Shown here one piece after another: positions 1 to 9,996 of a DNA stretch of 64,000 nt (its first letter is position 1; every line of letters begins with the position of its first letter). The stretch is from Schizochytrium sp. TIO01 (taxonomy: Eukaryota; Protista; Bigyra: Labyrinthulomycetes): the NCBI GenBank assembly GCA_004764695.1, contig SMSO01000037.1, forward strand, positions 1,278,747-1,342,746. The letters run 5' to 3'. A model generated the notes under the pieces. The model searched no databases. It had not been told where the DNA came from and was given only the letters and a program-made list of their open reading frames with translations. A program made the translations under genes and the position numbers.

Positions 1-535
1 TCGATATGTACCAGATGGTCGTTCGCAAGTTCGACCCACCTTGGAGACGCGCCGCGCCAAGTTAGAGAACTGAAAATCGCTATCTTACCTTCTAGGCGCG
101 TGCTTAATTCACTTTAATCCTGAGCGAAAGTACTCCAATGTTTTATATATTTATTTGTCGATTCATTTATTTATGTATTTTTTCTTTTTTTTAATGAGTA
201 CTGTCTTTCCACCATCTTCTCAAAAAGGCAATTTGATTGGCCTTGCATAATTAATTGTTTCGCCTTGCTTTTCAGCATGCCCTTTTCAAGTCTAAACATT
301 TTCCAGCTTAGTTATTTTCCCCGCGACGACCTTTAATTTGCTGCAGGTGAAGAGTCACGAAATGATGTGTTATGTTCCTCAAGAAATCTGACTTTGGTAC
401 AGAGAATCACAACAGCCACATGCCGCTGCATTGATGTTCGCTCGTAACAAAGATAAATAGAGAAGTGCCCAAGAAGATTTAGGTACGCTAGCTCATGCGA
501 GTAGGTGGGAAGGCTGCAAAGATGCTCTTTCTGCC

Positions 536-1240
536 ATGCAAGAATGGAACTCACTCGATCAGGAGCCTTCAAATGAGCACCATGGCGGAATTTCTCAGAT
601 GCTTTGCGCCTCCGACGCTCCTTATGGTAAACTTATTGCTGCTGCACTTCGAGTCCGAGGAAGTTTTGAGCTTGAGTTACCCGAAATTATCGTTTGTGGT
701 GAAGAGACCCGCGGAAAGTCCTCCACTCTGGAACGCCTTGCAATGCGTGGTATTTTTTTTCAGATTATTTTGGAGGGCGATTCCGATAAAATCGATAACG
801 AAGGCATGTGGACAATGGCGAAACAAGCTGTGGTTTCAGAGGTTATCTACTAATTGTGGGGCAATGCATCTATTGTTGAGGAGTTTTGCAATGAAATGGA
901 TGGTATGGAGGATGAAGATTTCTATTTGCTGCTTGTAGAAGATGTTCAGGTTAAAGCAAGACGTAAACAACTACTTGAGTCTATCAACTTGACGTACAGA
1001 GCTGTTAAAGCTCTCCGAGATCTTGAACTAAGACTTGAAGAAAATGTAGCAGACCATAACGAAGATTTTGAATCAGACTCCCAATACGAGGATAGCTCTA
1101 GCGAAAGAGAATGGTTCAATTTCTTTGCAGCAAGAACGTTAGAGCACGGTGGGCCTACGAGTGCATTAGTTACTCTCATTGACGATGAGGACTTTGATTG
1201 GTCTTGGGAGTCCACGACAAGGGCCCCGGAACTGGACTAA
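536..1240 (+). pseudogene. Dynamin-superfamily (DRP/Mx-like) gene relic: G1 P-loop fused directly to a GED-like C-terminus, with an in-frame stop
   Basis: ORF 536-853 contains LELPEIIVCGEETRGKSSTLERL, the dynamin G1 signature (LPxIxVxG...GKSS.LE). ORF 854-1240 continues in the same frame after TAA (851-853) and contains LLLVEDVQVKARRKQLLESINLTYRAVKALRDL, resembling the dynamin GTPase effector domain end. G2-G4 and the middle domain are absent. Confidence 0.7.
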
Positions 1241-1312
1241 TTGTAAGGTTCTCATCCACTTTCTTCCGACATGATCGCAACCGCAACCAGAACAACAATA
1301 TAAAGATAGTAT

Positions 1313-2428
1313 TTATGCAGCGCGAGGAATCCTTGGTTGTAAATGCAGAACTGTGGCTTCTTCTTCCTTTTCCTCTTTCTCTTCTACATGAACACTCACA
1401 ACTTGATGTAAGGGATTCGCCCTTGTCCTCTTGTCGTCGTTCGAAGTATGGTCCATATTGTGGGTATGGCGCTTTGCCTCGAGTTTCGCCTTGACGCGTC
1501 TTGCAAACTTTTGACCGAAACTCCGCTTCGCCACGTCCTCTATTTGACCCAGTAAAAACAGTGCAGCATCTTCACGATCATTTCTCACATCTTCATCGTA
1601 GAAAGCAACCCAACGAATGATGAGGTCTGCATCCAGATTGCATCGGAAGATGCTCTCTGTATCAAATATGCCATGTGCTACGGTCGCCATCTCTGCCAGC
1701 GAGCACAGCGCGGTCATGATGTAGCCGACGACTTTGTAAGCACCCTCGGCCAGCATGATGATGGTCACTATCGCCAACAGCACACCACTAAAGAGGAACA
1801 CGGATCCCAGACCAGGAGGGGGGTCGTCGCTAGAGCGATAAGCAGGAACGTAAAAAAAAATGGTCAGGAAGGCCATTCCCATGAGGAAAAAGATGACGGC
1901 AAATATCTCCCCGACCAGTGCTCCGACATTCGTCTGATTCCAATTCACTGAAGAGAGACCTACAAATGCATGGAGGACACTTTGCTTCAGGCGGTTGACC
2001 AAACGCATTCGAGGATCACGGGAAGCAAGTCTGTCAAAGTAAAAAAAAGCCAAAATGATCTCGAAGGAAAGGAAACAGATGCCGATGTCAAACAAAAACA
2101 ATTCAAGAGTTTCGGAAGACTCGGAGGTGTTTTTAAGAAGTACTGCAATAAATACATACGTCGTGAACTCACTTACAGTGGTCGTGACAGGAATTCGTCT
2201 ATAAAAAAAGGAGGACGCGTAAATAATGCAAGGAAGAAAAAACCAAAGGTAGTCTAGCCGCTCAGTTCCTAGTGCTGCCGTGACAGTGAGGCCGATCATG
2301 CATATGTTTCTCGTCCAAAAAATGATCCTCGCACCTTTTTCATCGTTAAAGGTCGGGATTGTCCCCCATTCACTTGCATACAGGATATCGCTCTTTAAAC
2401 CCTGCAGCACCTCCTCGTTGTCACACAT
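1313..2428 (-). CDS. Hypothetical multipass membrane protein (about 7-8 hydrophobic segments, soluble C-terminal tail)
   Basis: 371-aa ORF with an ATG start and repeated ~20-aa hydrophobic stretches (e.g. IFAVIFFLMGMAFLTIFFYV, VFLFSGVLLAIVTIIMLA). No family motif recognised. Confidence 0.65.
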   Translation of the reverse strand: MCDNEEVLQGLKSDILYASEWGTIPTFNDEKGARIIFWTRNICMIGLTVTAALGTERLDYLWFFLPCIIYASSFFYRRIPVTTTVSEFTTYVFIAVLLKNTSESSETLELFLFDIGICFLSFEIILAFFYFDRLASRDPRMRLVNRLKQSVLHAFVGLSSVNWNQTNVGALVGEIFAVIFFLMGMAFLTIFFYVPAYRSSDDPPPGLGSVFLFSGVLLAIVTIIMLAEGAYKVVGYIMTALCSLAEMATVAHGIFDTESIFRCNLDADLIIRWVAFYDEDVRNDREDAALFLLGQIEDVAKRSFGQKFARRVKAKLEAKRHTHNMDHTSNDDKRTRANPLHQVVSVHVEEKEEKEEEATVLHLQPRIPRAA

Positions 2429-4144
2429 CCTTTACCTCCACCCTACCAGTTAGGGATTTGGTGCGCTGCACTGCGCGGCACGTTCTGCCGCCCGATCCTT
2501 CACCCGAGGAACCCCTTGGTGAAAATGTGGAGGTGAGAGCCTTTTGTAATGGGCCTGTCTAATTCTCTCTCGCCCGCACAGCTGAACTCCTTTATGGGTT
2601 TGGTGAAGAAATTGGGTTGCTATCCATTGTCTTTAACAAATGGACATGATATTAGCTGTGCAAACTTAAGCCTTACTTGCGAAGCTGTTGAATGGAAGCT
2701 TGCTGATTGTTACCTACGAGCTACTGATATAGTATTGTGCATGGACCCATTTCTTATCGCGTTGCTGAACAGATTGATGGCACTCTATTTGACAAGCTTC
2801 CTCTCACACAACAAAAGACAGGTGAATGAAATAAAAAGGAAGATGATGATGAATCCAGTTGAGGGGCAGAACAATACAATTTCTTCGTCTTCTTCTTCTT
2901 CTTTTTAAGATACATGTTCCCCTAGAGGCACTCAGAGTTACACTGTCTTTAGATGCGAAAGTACCAAGACTTGAAGAGCAGCTTCAGAAACAGAGTAAAA
3001 CAATTGCTGAGCTACAAAGTAAGCTTTTTATAATTTTGTGAGACAATAACGCAGCATTGACAACAGCATCAGGGATGTTTTCTTCGCCGGTACTAAGGTT
3101 AAAGAATTCAAATACGGACACTTCACGACGAGTTTAATCGCCTAAATTTTCACTCCCATTTCGACTCTTTATTTTGTTTTCTGAAATTGTTCTTTCATGG
3201 TCCTAACCTTAGATGCACTTATAATGTCCTGAGTCGCCAAATACGTATATGAGTTTCTGATGAAAATACTATATCAGATAAACGCCCCCTTTACAAAGCA
3301 AAACGATGAACACACCAAAAAAGATAAAAATATCAGTAGTAGTGGGGAATAAATGGTGCCTCATGTTTTTACAGATATAATCTTTCAAACTGCTAAATGT
3401 TATGATATATGGAAATACTATAATGGATAAAAGTTTGTATCTTAGTAAGCGTGATTTTGCTTTATTCAGAACTGCCTAGGCGTAATCAGCACTCGTGGCT
3501 TCTTCCTAAGTCCTACTAGGTAGGTACTCGTTTAGAGTCTAAAGTTTATTTTACAAAATAGGCAAAGACACACTAAAGTCAAATTTAGTACCCCAGAAGT
3601 CTACGGGCTAGCATGCCATCGACTAAGGGTGACATAAAAGTACTTAGTCCTATCTCTTTGCTGCGCAAGTCTTTTATTTAAGGAATTGACACATTATATC
3701 TATGGTTTTGTGAACCCCCAAAAATAGAATAATTTGGAGAATACAGAATCTGTAATTAGACAAGTACTATCTACCGTTTCTCTCAGAATAAAGTTGACAG
3801 TTTGAGTCTTGTCTGGACCTTTTTACACATTCTGTCATTTAGCTACACGTCTAGAGTTTTGACCCCTGAAGTGGCGAAGTAACTAGGTACTAGAGCGGTG
3901 CCTGCTACATGCAATTGTTGCTCAATTTAGAGAATCAAGTGCTAACAAAAATCATGGCCTCCTTTTTAAAACAAAGAGTCGCGGTGAAGACTCGTTAACG
4001 TACCTTCAATCCACTAGCTTAAATAGTATCGCACACTATCTCATTCGAACTTGCATGCTCAAAGACGAAGTGTAAGCTGGTACCTGCTTTCCTTTTTTGT
4101 TCATTAGCATTTCAAGCTAGTGAAGTTAGAATACTAAAACTAGC

Positions 4145-4253
4145 TTTTTTTTTTGCTTTTTTAAATTACTTTTTTAAATCTAACTTTTTAACTTTTTTCT
4201 TTTTTCTTTTTTCTTTTTTCTTTTTCTTTTTTTTTTTTTTCTATAAAGTTTTT
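4145..4253 (+). repeat. Poly-T / (TTTTTTC)n low-complexity tract
   Basis: Directly visible T-rich run with 7-nt periodic C. Confidence 0.85.
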
Positions 4254-6659
4254 CTCTAGCAAGATAATAGCTTAACTAATACACCATACACGTGTGTATA
4301 CATGCTGCTCATATGACCCAAGCACTCAAAAACGTATATGCGTGGACACCTCCTCTTACTTCCGAACATATTCGCAGGTGTCGAAAAAGTTAGTGAATCA
4401 GTTTACGACTTGGCAAGAAATTAATACGCTCTCTTGACTAATAGAAAAAGAAAAAAGTGCCTGTAAAAGCCATCGCAATTCTATACTGAGCTGTTCATAA
4501 ACTCCATTAAATATATATAGTTTAACTTGAGCTTTGCCCAAGCAAGCGAATTTTACGAATAGCCTGTAGCCGATAAGAGTGGGCGAATTCTACTATACAC
4601 TTATTATTAATATAGAGAAACGTTCAAGGTTACGCTTTTTTTCAAAATTAAATATTGTCTCCGGAAGCTAACTTGCACGCATTGACTGTCTAGTAGTTTC
4701 CTTCAAAGTTGCGCAGTTTGTAGCATTATACTTTCGTGTTACTAAATGAAGGTTCCCGTATGCAACACTATAAAGCCATTGTTTACCACTTCTGAATGAT
4801 GGGACGGACTTTGGGTAAGCACAACTAAAGTAGAATCGAAGAAGTAAACAACTTGCAGATTATTCTGCTAGATTAAACAATCATGCTTATTAGCTGATCT
4901 TGGCGTTGCATTCCTTTGGCAAGATATTTAAGAAGTTATGAAAAGTCTTGATCTATGCTATCTTCTCCCCTGGTCCAAACATCGATGGTTGCCTCACTAT
5001 ATACACGGGACTGACTTTATCTGCTTGCGGGCTTAATATTTTGCAACTGTGTTGATACCCATTGAACTCCCGAATGAACCTGCTAATACAGTACCAGATT
5101 AGCTAAGAATGATACCTACATAAAGTTTGAAGGCTGTCCTCATTCTGCCGGAGGCTTTCATATCAAAACAGTCCTCAAATAGCTCAAGCTTTTAGATCAA
5201 GTAAACATTTGATTCGTCCTTCGCAGAAAAGAGGTCAAATGCAACTTTGAATCATTTTAAGTTTTCGTTTTGAGTGAGTTTAGCAAGCCAAGCATGTTCA
5301 ACTTAAACTTAATATTTTCAGTCTCAAAACAAATGCGAGCGGCACTTGGCGCGTAATGCAAGCCATAAGTCCTGAGGAACAGCTTCGGATCGTGCTTGAA
5401 CGCACAATTTGCTTAGCAACGATTTGCTGTACGTATTGAGCGAAATGAATTGAGTATGCGAGAATGCTCTTACCACAAGAAATTCCGTTGATGTTACTAC
5501 TAGTAATCAGACGCTGTCGGCCAAACGACTCAAGTACTACATCAATCTTGCCTTTTAGTAAATCAAGTTAGTCTGTGGGTGGGAGATCGATTCCCTCATC
5601 AACCATTTTCCATATACAATTTGCAGATGGAGTTGCAGCAAACTTATGGACCTTGCTGCATACGATATCGCAACATGAGTGGACATCTTGCTGGACTCTT
5701 GGACTCCTGATGTGTTTTGTAAAGCTAGAAGCACAACTGGCCTACCAGGGACTCTTACAACTGACCTTGGGGGAGGGGGTATATTGTAAGTGCCCGCAAA
5801 AGATCTCGTGCCGGAACAATGAATGCATCGATTGGCATCCGAACAAAGGCCACAATCAGTGATGAAATGTATCGAATGAGATGACGCATTGCGTACGAAC
5901 TGATTACCATGCTTGAGCGAATGAAGCAATCTTTGAGGACGAATGAGGAGCCGATGTATCCAGGTCTGTTACGAAACTACAAGAAATCTTATCACAAAAA
6001 CAATTAGCTTACTGCCTAGACGCTACTATCTATTGTACTAGAGGTCGGTATCATTTCTCAACTTTCTCAAGTTCGCCTTCTGCTCTTTCTGCATCACCCG
6101 CCAATATACTCTCTTCTCTCAGCTCCTCTGTGTGCTGCCTCTAATCTGCTCTGTTGAACTGCTCTGTCGCTGAAGACCTCGTGAGGGCCAGCTCGAGAAC
6201 ACGAGCTTGCAAACAGGTAAAACACAAGAAAAAGAGAAGAACTCAGAAAAGTAGAAAACACTAATATTTGTTTGTTATGGACTCACAAGTTGTAATGCAG
6301 AGCTTCGCAGAAATAACTTCAGCGTCAGCGTCGCGCAAAGCCTGAACGCCAACAAGCGTATGCAAACGATAGGCGCGGGTGTCGAGGACTATAAGTGGGC
6401 GTCGAAAGAGGTTTTGCGAGCTCGATAGTTTGTTGGAGCAGTAGCAACAGAGCCGAATCCCTTGCTTTGCGAAAAGAAGCCTGTTCTTGCAAAGCTTAAA
6501 GCCAACTAGGGACGTAGACATTGGTTCTGCAAGACTTCAACGGCATCATAGAAAGCACTGGAATCGCTGTGCGCTGTATCGAAAACGCGTGAGGATTTGC
6601 GCTCAGAATTGTGTTTGACGTAAAGGTTGAGAAACACAAGTCAACGAATTTTGAAAGGA

Positions 6660-7868
6660 ATGAGTGAGCATAACCATAGTACAGATACGGACCCAATCGA
6701 TCGTTCGCGATCGCCGGTAATTCTGAGATGTCACCGAGATACTACGGGCGACATGTGTGCAGATTATCACCAAATTTGCCAGCAGCACCAAGTCGGTGCG
6801 AGTCCAGCCCCGCCCCCAATTGCGATTAAAGGGGTCACGCCAGCAGAGGCAGACTGCAATGCCGATAGCAATGGGGAAGACCCAGTCGCTCGCAAGGCAT
6901 CGCCGGTAATTCTTCAAAGGCACCACGATACTACAGGCGACATGTGCACGGATTACCACAACATCCTCAAGCACAATCAGGTTGGAGCAAGCCCCAAACC
7001 CTCCCAGGTGCAGAAGAAGGTGCTCGATGCTGATGACCCTCATTGCAAGGAGGTCAAGTATGCTCCTGTGCTATATCACATTGGTCTGACCGATGACCAC
7101 GCAAAAAATGTATTTGCTGATGTTCGCTTCATTTGTGTTGGTGGAACAGAAGAGCGCATGGGACGCTTCGCAAAAATGCTTGAGGAGGCGCTCGAGATAA
7201 AGGCTGAGCGCGTCAGTGCAACCTCTCGGTTCACCACCTACAAAGTAGGTCCAGTTATCATAGCAAACCATGGAATGGGTGCTCCGTCTGTGAGTATTTT
7301 GCTCAATGAACTGGTCATGGCTCTTCGTATTGCCAAGGTACCGTGTCACGAAGTCCAGGCATTCCGCATTGGAACCAGCGGTGGTATTGGTGTTGAACCT
7401 GGCACGATTGTAGTTAGCTCCGAGGTTCTGAATGAAAAGCTCGAACCTTACCATGAAGTAATCGTGATGGGAAAAGAGCGCCGTTTTCCAACATTTGTGT
7501 GCCCAGACCTGGTAGACAAATTTAACAATCGTTATGAAGACGTTGTAGTAGGGAAAACCATGTCTGCCAACTGTTTTTACAACAATCAAGGACGCCTTGA
7601 CGGAGCATTTGTTGATTATACCTACGAAGACAAAATCAGCTTTTTGAAAAATCTTGATGCCCATGGTGTAAAGAATATCGAGATGGAAGGCGTGTGCTTC
7701 TCAGCTCTTCTTCATCGTGCAGGCATTAAGCCGTGTATTGTTTGTATGCCCCTTGTCAATAGACTCGACGGTGAAGTGCCCGCTCAAGTAGACAACCCCA
7801 ACCGTGGTATGGAGCTTGTTATAGAGTATCTTGCTGAGGAAATCAGTGCTAGAGGTCTTGCAAAATAG
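6660..7868 (+). CDS. UPP: Uridine phosphorylase, eukaryotic UPP1/UPP2 type, with an N-terminal extension
   Basis: Motifs LYHIGL, VRFICVGG, YKVGPVIIANHGMGAPSVSILLNEL, RIGTSGGIGVEPGTIVVS, FYNNQGRLDGA and GVKNIEMEG match the eukaryotic uridine phosphorylase pattern. First ATG is at 6660. Confidence 0.93.
   Translation: MSEHNHSTDTDPIDRSRSPVILRCHRDTTGDMCADYHQICQQHQVGASPAPPPIAIKGVTPAEADCNADSNGEDPVARKASPVILQRHHDTTGDMCTDYHNILKHNQVGASPKPSQVQKKVLDADDPHCKEVKYAPVLYHIGLTDDHAKNVFADVRFICVGGTEERMGRFAKMLEEALEIKAERVSATSRFTTYKVGPVIIANHGMGAPSVSILLNELVMALRIAKVPCHEVQAFRIGTSGGIGVEPGTIVVSSEVLNEKLEPYHEVIVMGKERRFPTFVCPDLVDKFNNRYEDVVVGKTMSANCFYNNQGRLDGAFVDYTYEDKISFLKNLDAHGVKNIEMEGVCFSALLHRAGIKPCIVCMPLVNRLDGEVPAQVDNPNRGMELVIEYLAEEISARGLAK
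6690..6995 (+). repeat. Two-copy intragenic repeat (63-aa / 189-nt period) in the uridine phosphorylase N-terminus
   Basis: DPIDRSRSPVILRCHRDTTGDMCADYHQICQQHQVGASP (6690-6806) versus DPVARKASPVILQRHHDTTGDMCTDYHNILKHNQVGASP (6879-6995). Confidence 0.95.
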
Positions 7869-8390
7869 GTTATAACATCCTCTTACATAGAAGGTTGTTC
7901 TCTGGAGCTTGATAGAAATAGAAAACGGCATGCAAGCTTAAAGCCACAGTGCATAAACACGTTGATACGACTCTTTTTAGTTTAAAAAATCATTTAGAGG
8001 TACGGTTGCACGTATTGTCCTTTCATAAATTATGCCTTTTACCTGCATTGGGATGGAGAGATCGGCGTCTATTTAAGACACGCAATCCTCAGTTCCTGGT
8101 GATTTTGTGAAACTATTATCAAATAGATCAAATCCCAAATATCTTTTTTCTCCCGAATTGCCGTCCCATCTTTAACGCTTGTGCGTCATGTTTGTATCCC
8201 AGCAAGTCTCAGGGATAAAAAAATTATATTCTCTTGGAAAATTTTGGTTCTCTTTATGAGTACTTGTTTTGACTTAACTCCCAAGTAAAAGGTCAGTAGG
8301 AGTAATACCAATCAGAGTGGGTTCTCTTCTTTCTTGCTCTCGAGTATTACTTGGTGCTTGCAAACCAGTTTCTCACTGTCGTTCTCCATC

Positions 8391-9653
8391 ATGGGAGCAA
8401 CAACGCGGGGTACTGGCACCATGCTGGTTGTGGGCATGGCAATGTTGCTTCCCTGGAACTCCTTCCTGAATGTGTTGGGACTGCTGAGTCCAGCCTTTGC
8501 CGCATCGAAGTGGTCATCAACTTTTGCGGGCGCCTTTTCAACCACCTTTCTGGTCTTCAACTTCATAGTGCTCGCAGTAGAGACCGTAAAAGAACGATAT
8601 GGATACGTCCTTGGTGATGCTACGTTTGGAACTCTTCTAGGAGCATCTCTCACTGCTTCTGTGACCTTTTGTCTTGGATTCGTCGTGGCTGCATTTTACG
8701 ACAAAACTGCGACTTTGTACTATCTCATCATATTTTGCATGTTTGCTCTCGGTTGCTTTACAGCATGGCTTCAAGGAAGTGCATTTCGCTATGCAGCTGC
8801 AAAAGACGACTCGGGTAAGCTGACACAAGCTATCATGGCTGGCCAGGCGGTGGCGGGAGTTGGATCTTCACTAGTCATGTTTGTTCTCGTTTCAGGCGCG
8901 TTTCAACCAGCACGAACAACACTGATTTACCTTATTATCACAGCTTGCTTTGTGGGAAGCTCTGTCGCTATCTTCGCATATAGTAACCGCAGCACTTCGC
9001 GGTATGGACAAGTTATACAAGAAGACACCCCAGTCGAGACTCCACGCGTTGAACAGCTAGAACCAGTCCAAACATCTATTGCTGATGCTACTGCACCTGA
9101 GCCCTTCGAGATTGATCAGATCAGCCTAGACATGCATACTCAAGATCAAGAGAACACAATCAAAGCGCACGCTTCATTCCGAAACGGCTTCTATTGTGCC
9201 GTCTCTGTGTTTCTGTGCTTCACTTGCAGTCTTGGCATCTTTCCTGGTTTAACAATTCATCTTCTGCCAAAGCACTTTTCTGCAAATTATTTCCAACCAA
9301 TGCTGGTCTTTGCCTTTAATGTAGGCGACCTTCTGGGAAGACTTTTGAAGCCGTCGAGATGTGTGCAAAACCCTTTTCTGCAGTGCATCTATGGTATGTC
9401 TCGTTTTCTTATTTTCCCGGTTATTTTAACTTGTGGAATGGATGACGCTTCTAAAATGCCTCACTTTTTTGTCGGCGATGGTTGGCCAATACTGTGGATT
9501 TTTCTCCTTGGCATAACTAACGGGCATTTGGCCACTGCATCAATGATGGTGGGATGTAAACTTTATTCTCCAACTGCGATGAGTCTTTGGCTTAACGCAG
9601 GCTTGGCAGCTGGCAGCATTCTCTCCACAGGGGTAGCTGCGCTTGTATTCTAA
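8391..9653 (+). CDS. ENT: Equilibrative nucleoside transporter (SLC29/ENT family)
   Basis: ENT motifs GMAMLLPWNSFL (TM1), GQAVAGV, FTCSLGIFPG, FNVGDLLGR and LGITNGHL. About 11 hydrophobic segments with a long central hydrophilic loop. First ATG is at 8391. Confidence 0.9.
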   Translation: MGATTRGTGTMLVVGMAMLLPWNSFLNVLGLLSPAFAASKWSSTFAGAFSTTFLVFNFIVLAVETVKERYGYVLGDATFGTLLGASLTASVTFCLGFVVAAFYDKTATLYYLIIFCMFALGCFTAWLQGSAFRYAAAKDDSGKLTQAIMAGQAVAGVGSSLVMFVLVSGAFQPARTTLIYLIITACFVGSSVAIFAYSNRSTSRYGQVIQEDTPVETPRVEQLEPVQTSIADATAPEPFEIDQISLDMHTQDQENTIKAHASFRNGFYCAVSVFLCFTCSLGIFPGLTIHLLPKHFSANYFQPMLVFAFNVGDLLGRLLKPSRCVQNPFLQCIYGMSRFLIFPVILTCGMDDASKMPHFFVGDGWPILWIFLLGITNGHLATASMMVGCKLYSPTAMSLWLNAGLAAGSILSTGVAALVF

Positions 9654-9996
9654 TTTCGGATATTTGAAAGTCCAATAACTGTGGTAGATAACCTGACCAA
9701 AACATGTTTGAATACTATATTAAGGAGTAAAACTAAGAGACCTAAAACTCGCCACCCACAACTTGAGCGTGTTGTGTCGGTGAAGTATTGTGATAGTGGA
9801 AGATAGATTGCAAAACGTGAAAAAAAAGTGCCCTTGGTTAGTTGATTAGAAAATCTTCTTTATACTTTGCATAAATGATCTTGATAATGTGTTGTGTGGC
9901 AATACACTCTATGATCCCATGAAATACTTTTCAACAGACAAGAAAAAATGAAAAAAAAAAAAGGTTGAGCTATTTCATGAGAAACAGTAAACATGC

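Noticed and set aside
851-853. Stop-codon reassignment or read-through at the in-frame TAA of the dynamin relic
   Set aside because: TAA, TAG and TGA all terminate conserved genes at expected positions elsewhere in the window, so the standard code applies.
2549-6521. Short ORFs and possibly decayed coding sequence in the AT-rich gap
   Set aside because: No recognisable motif, terminal repeats, transposase or reverse-transcriptase signature found by eye; cannot support a gene or mobile element call.
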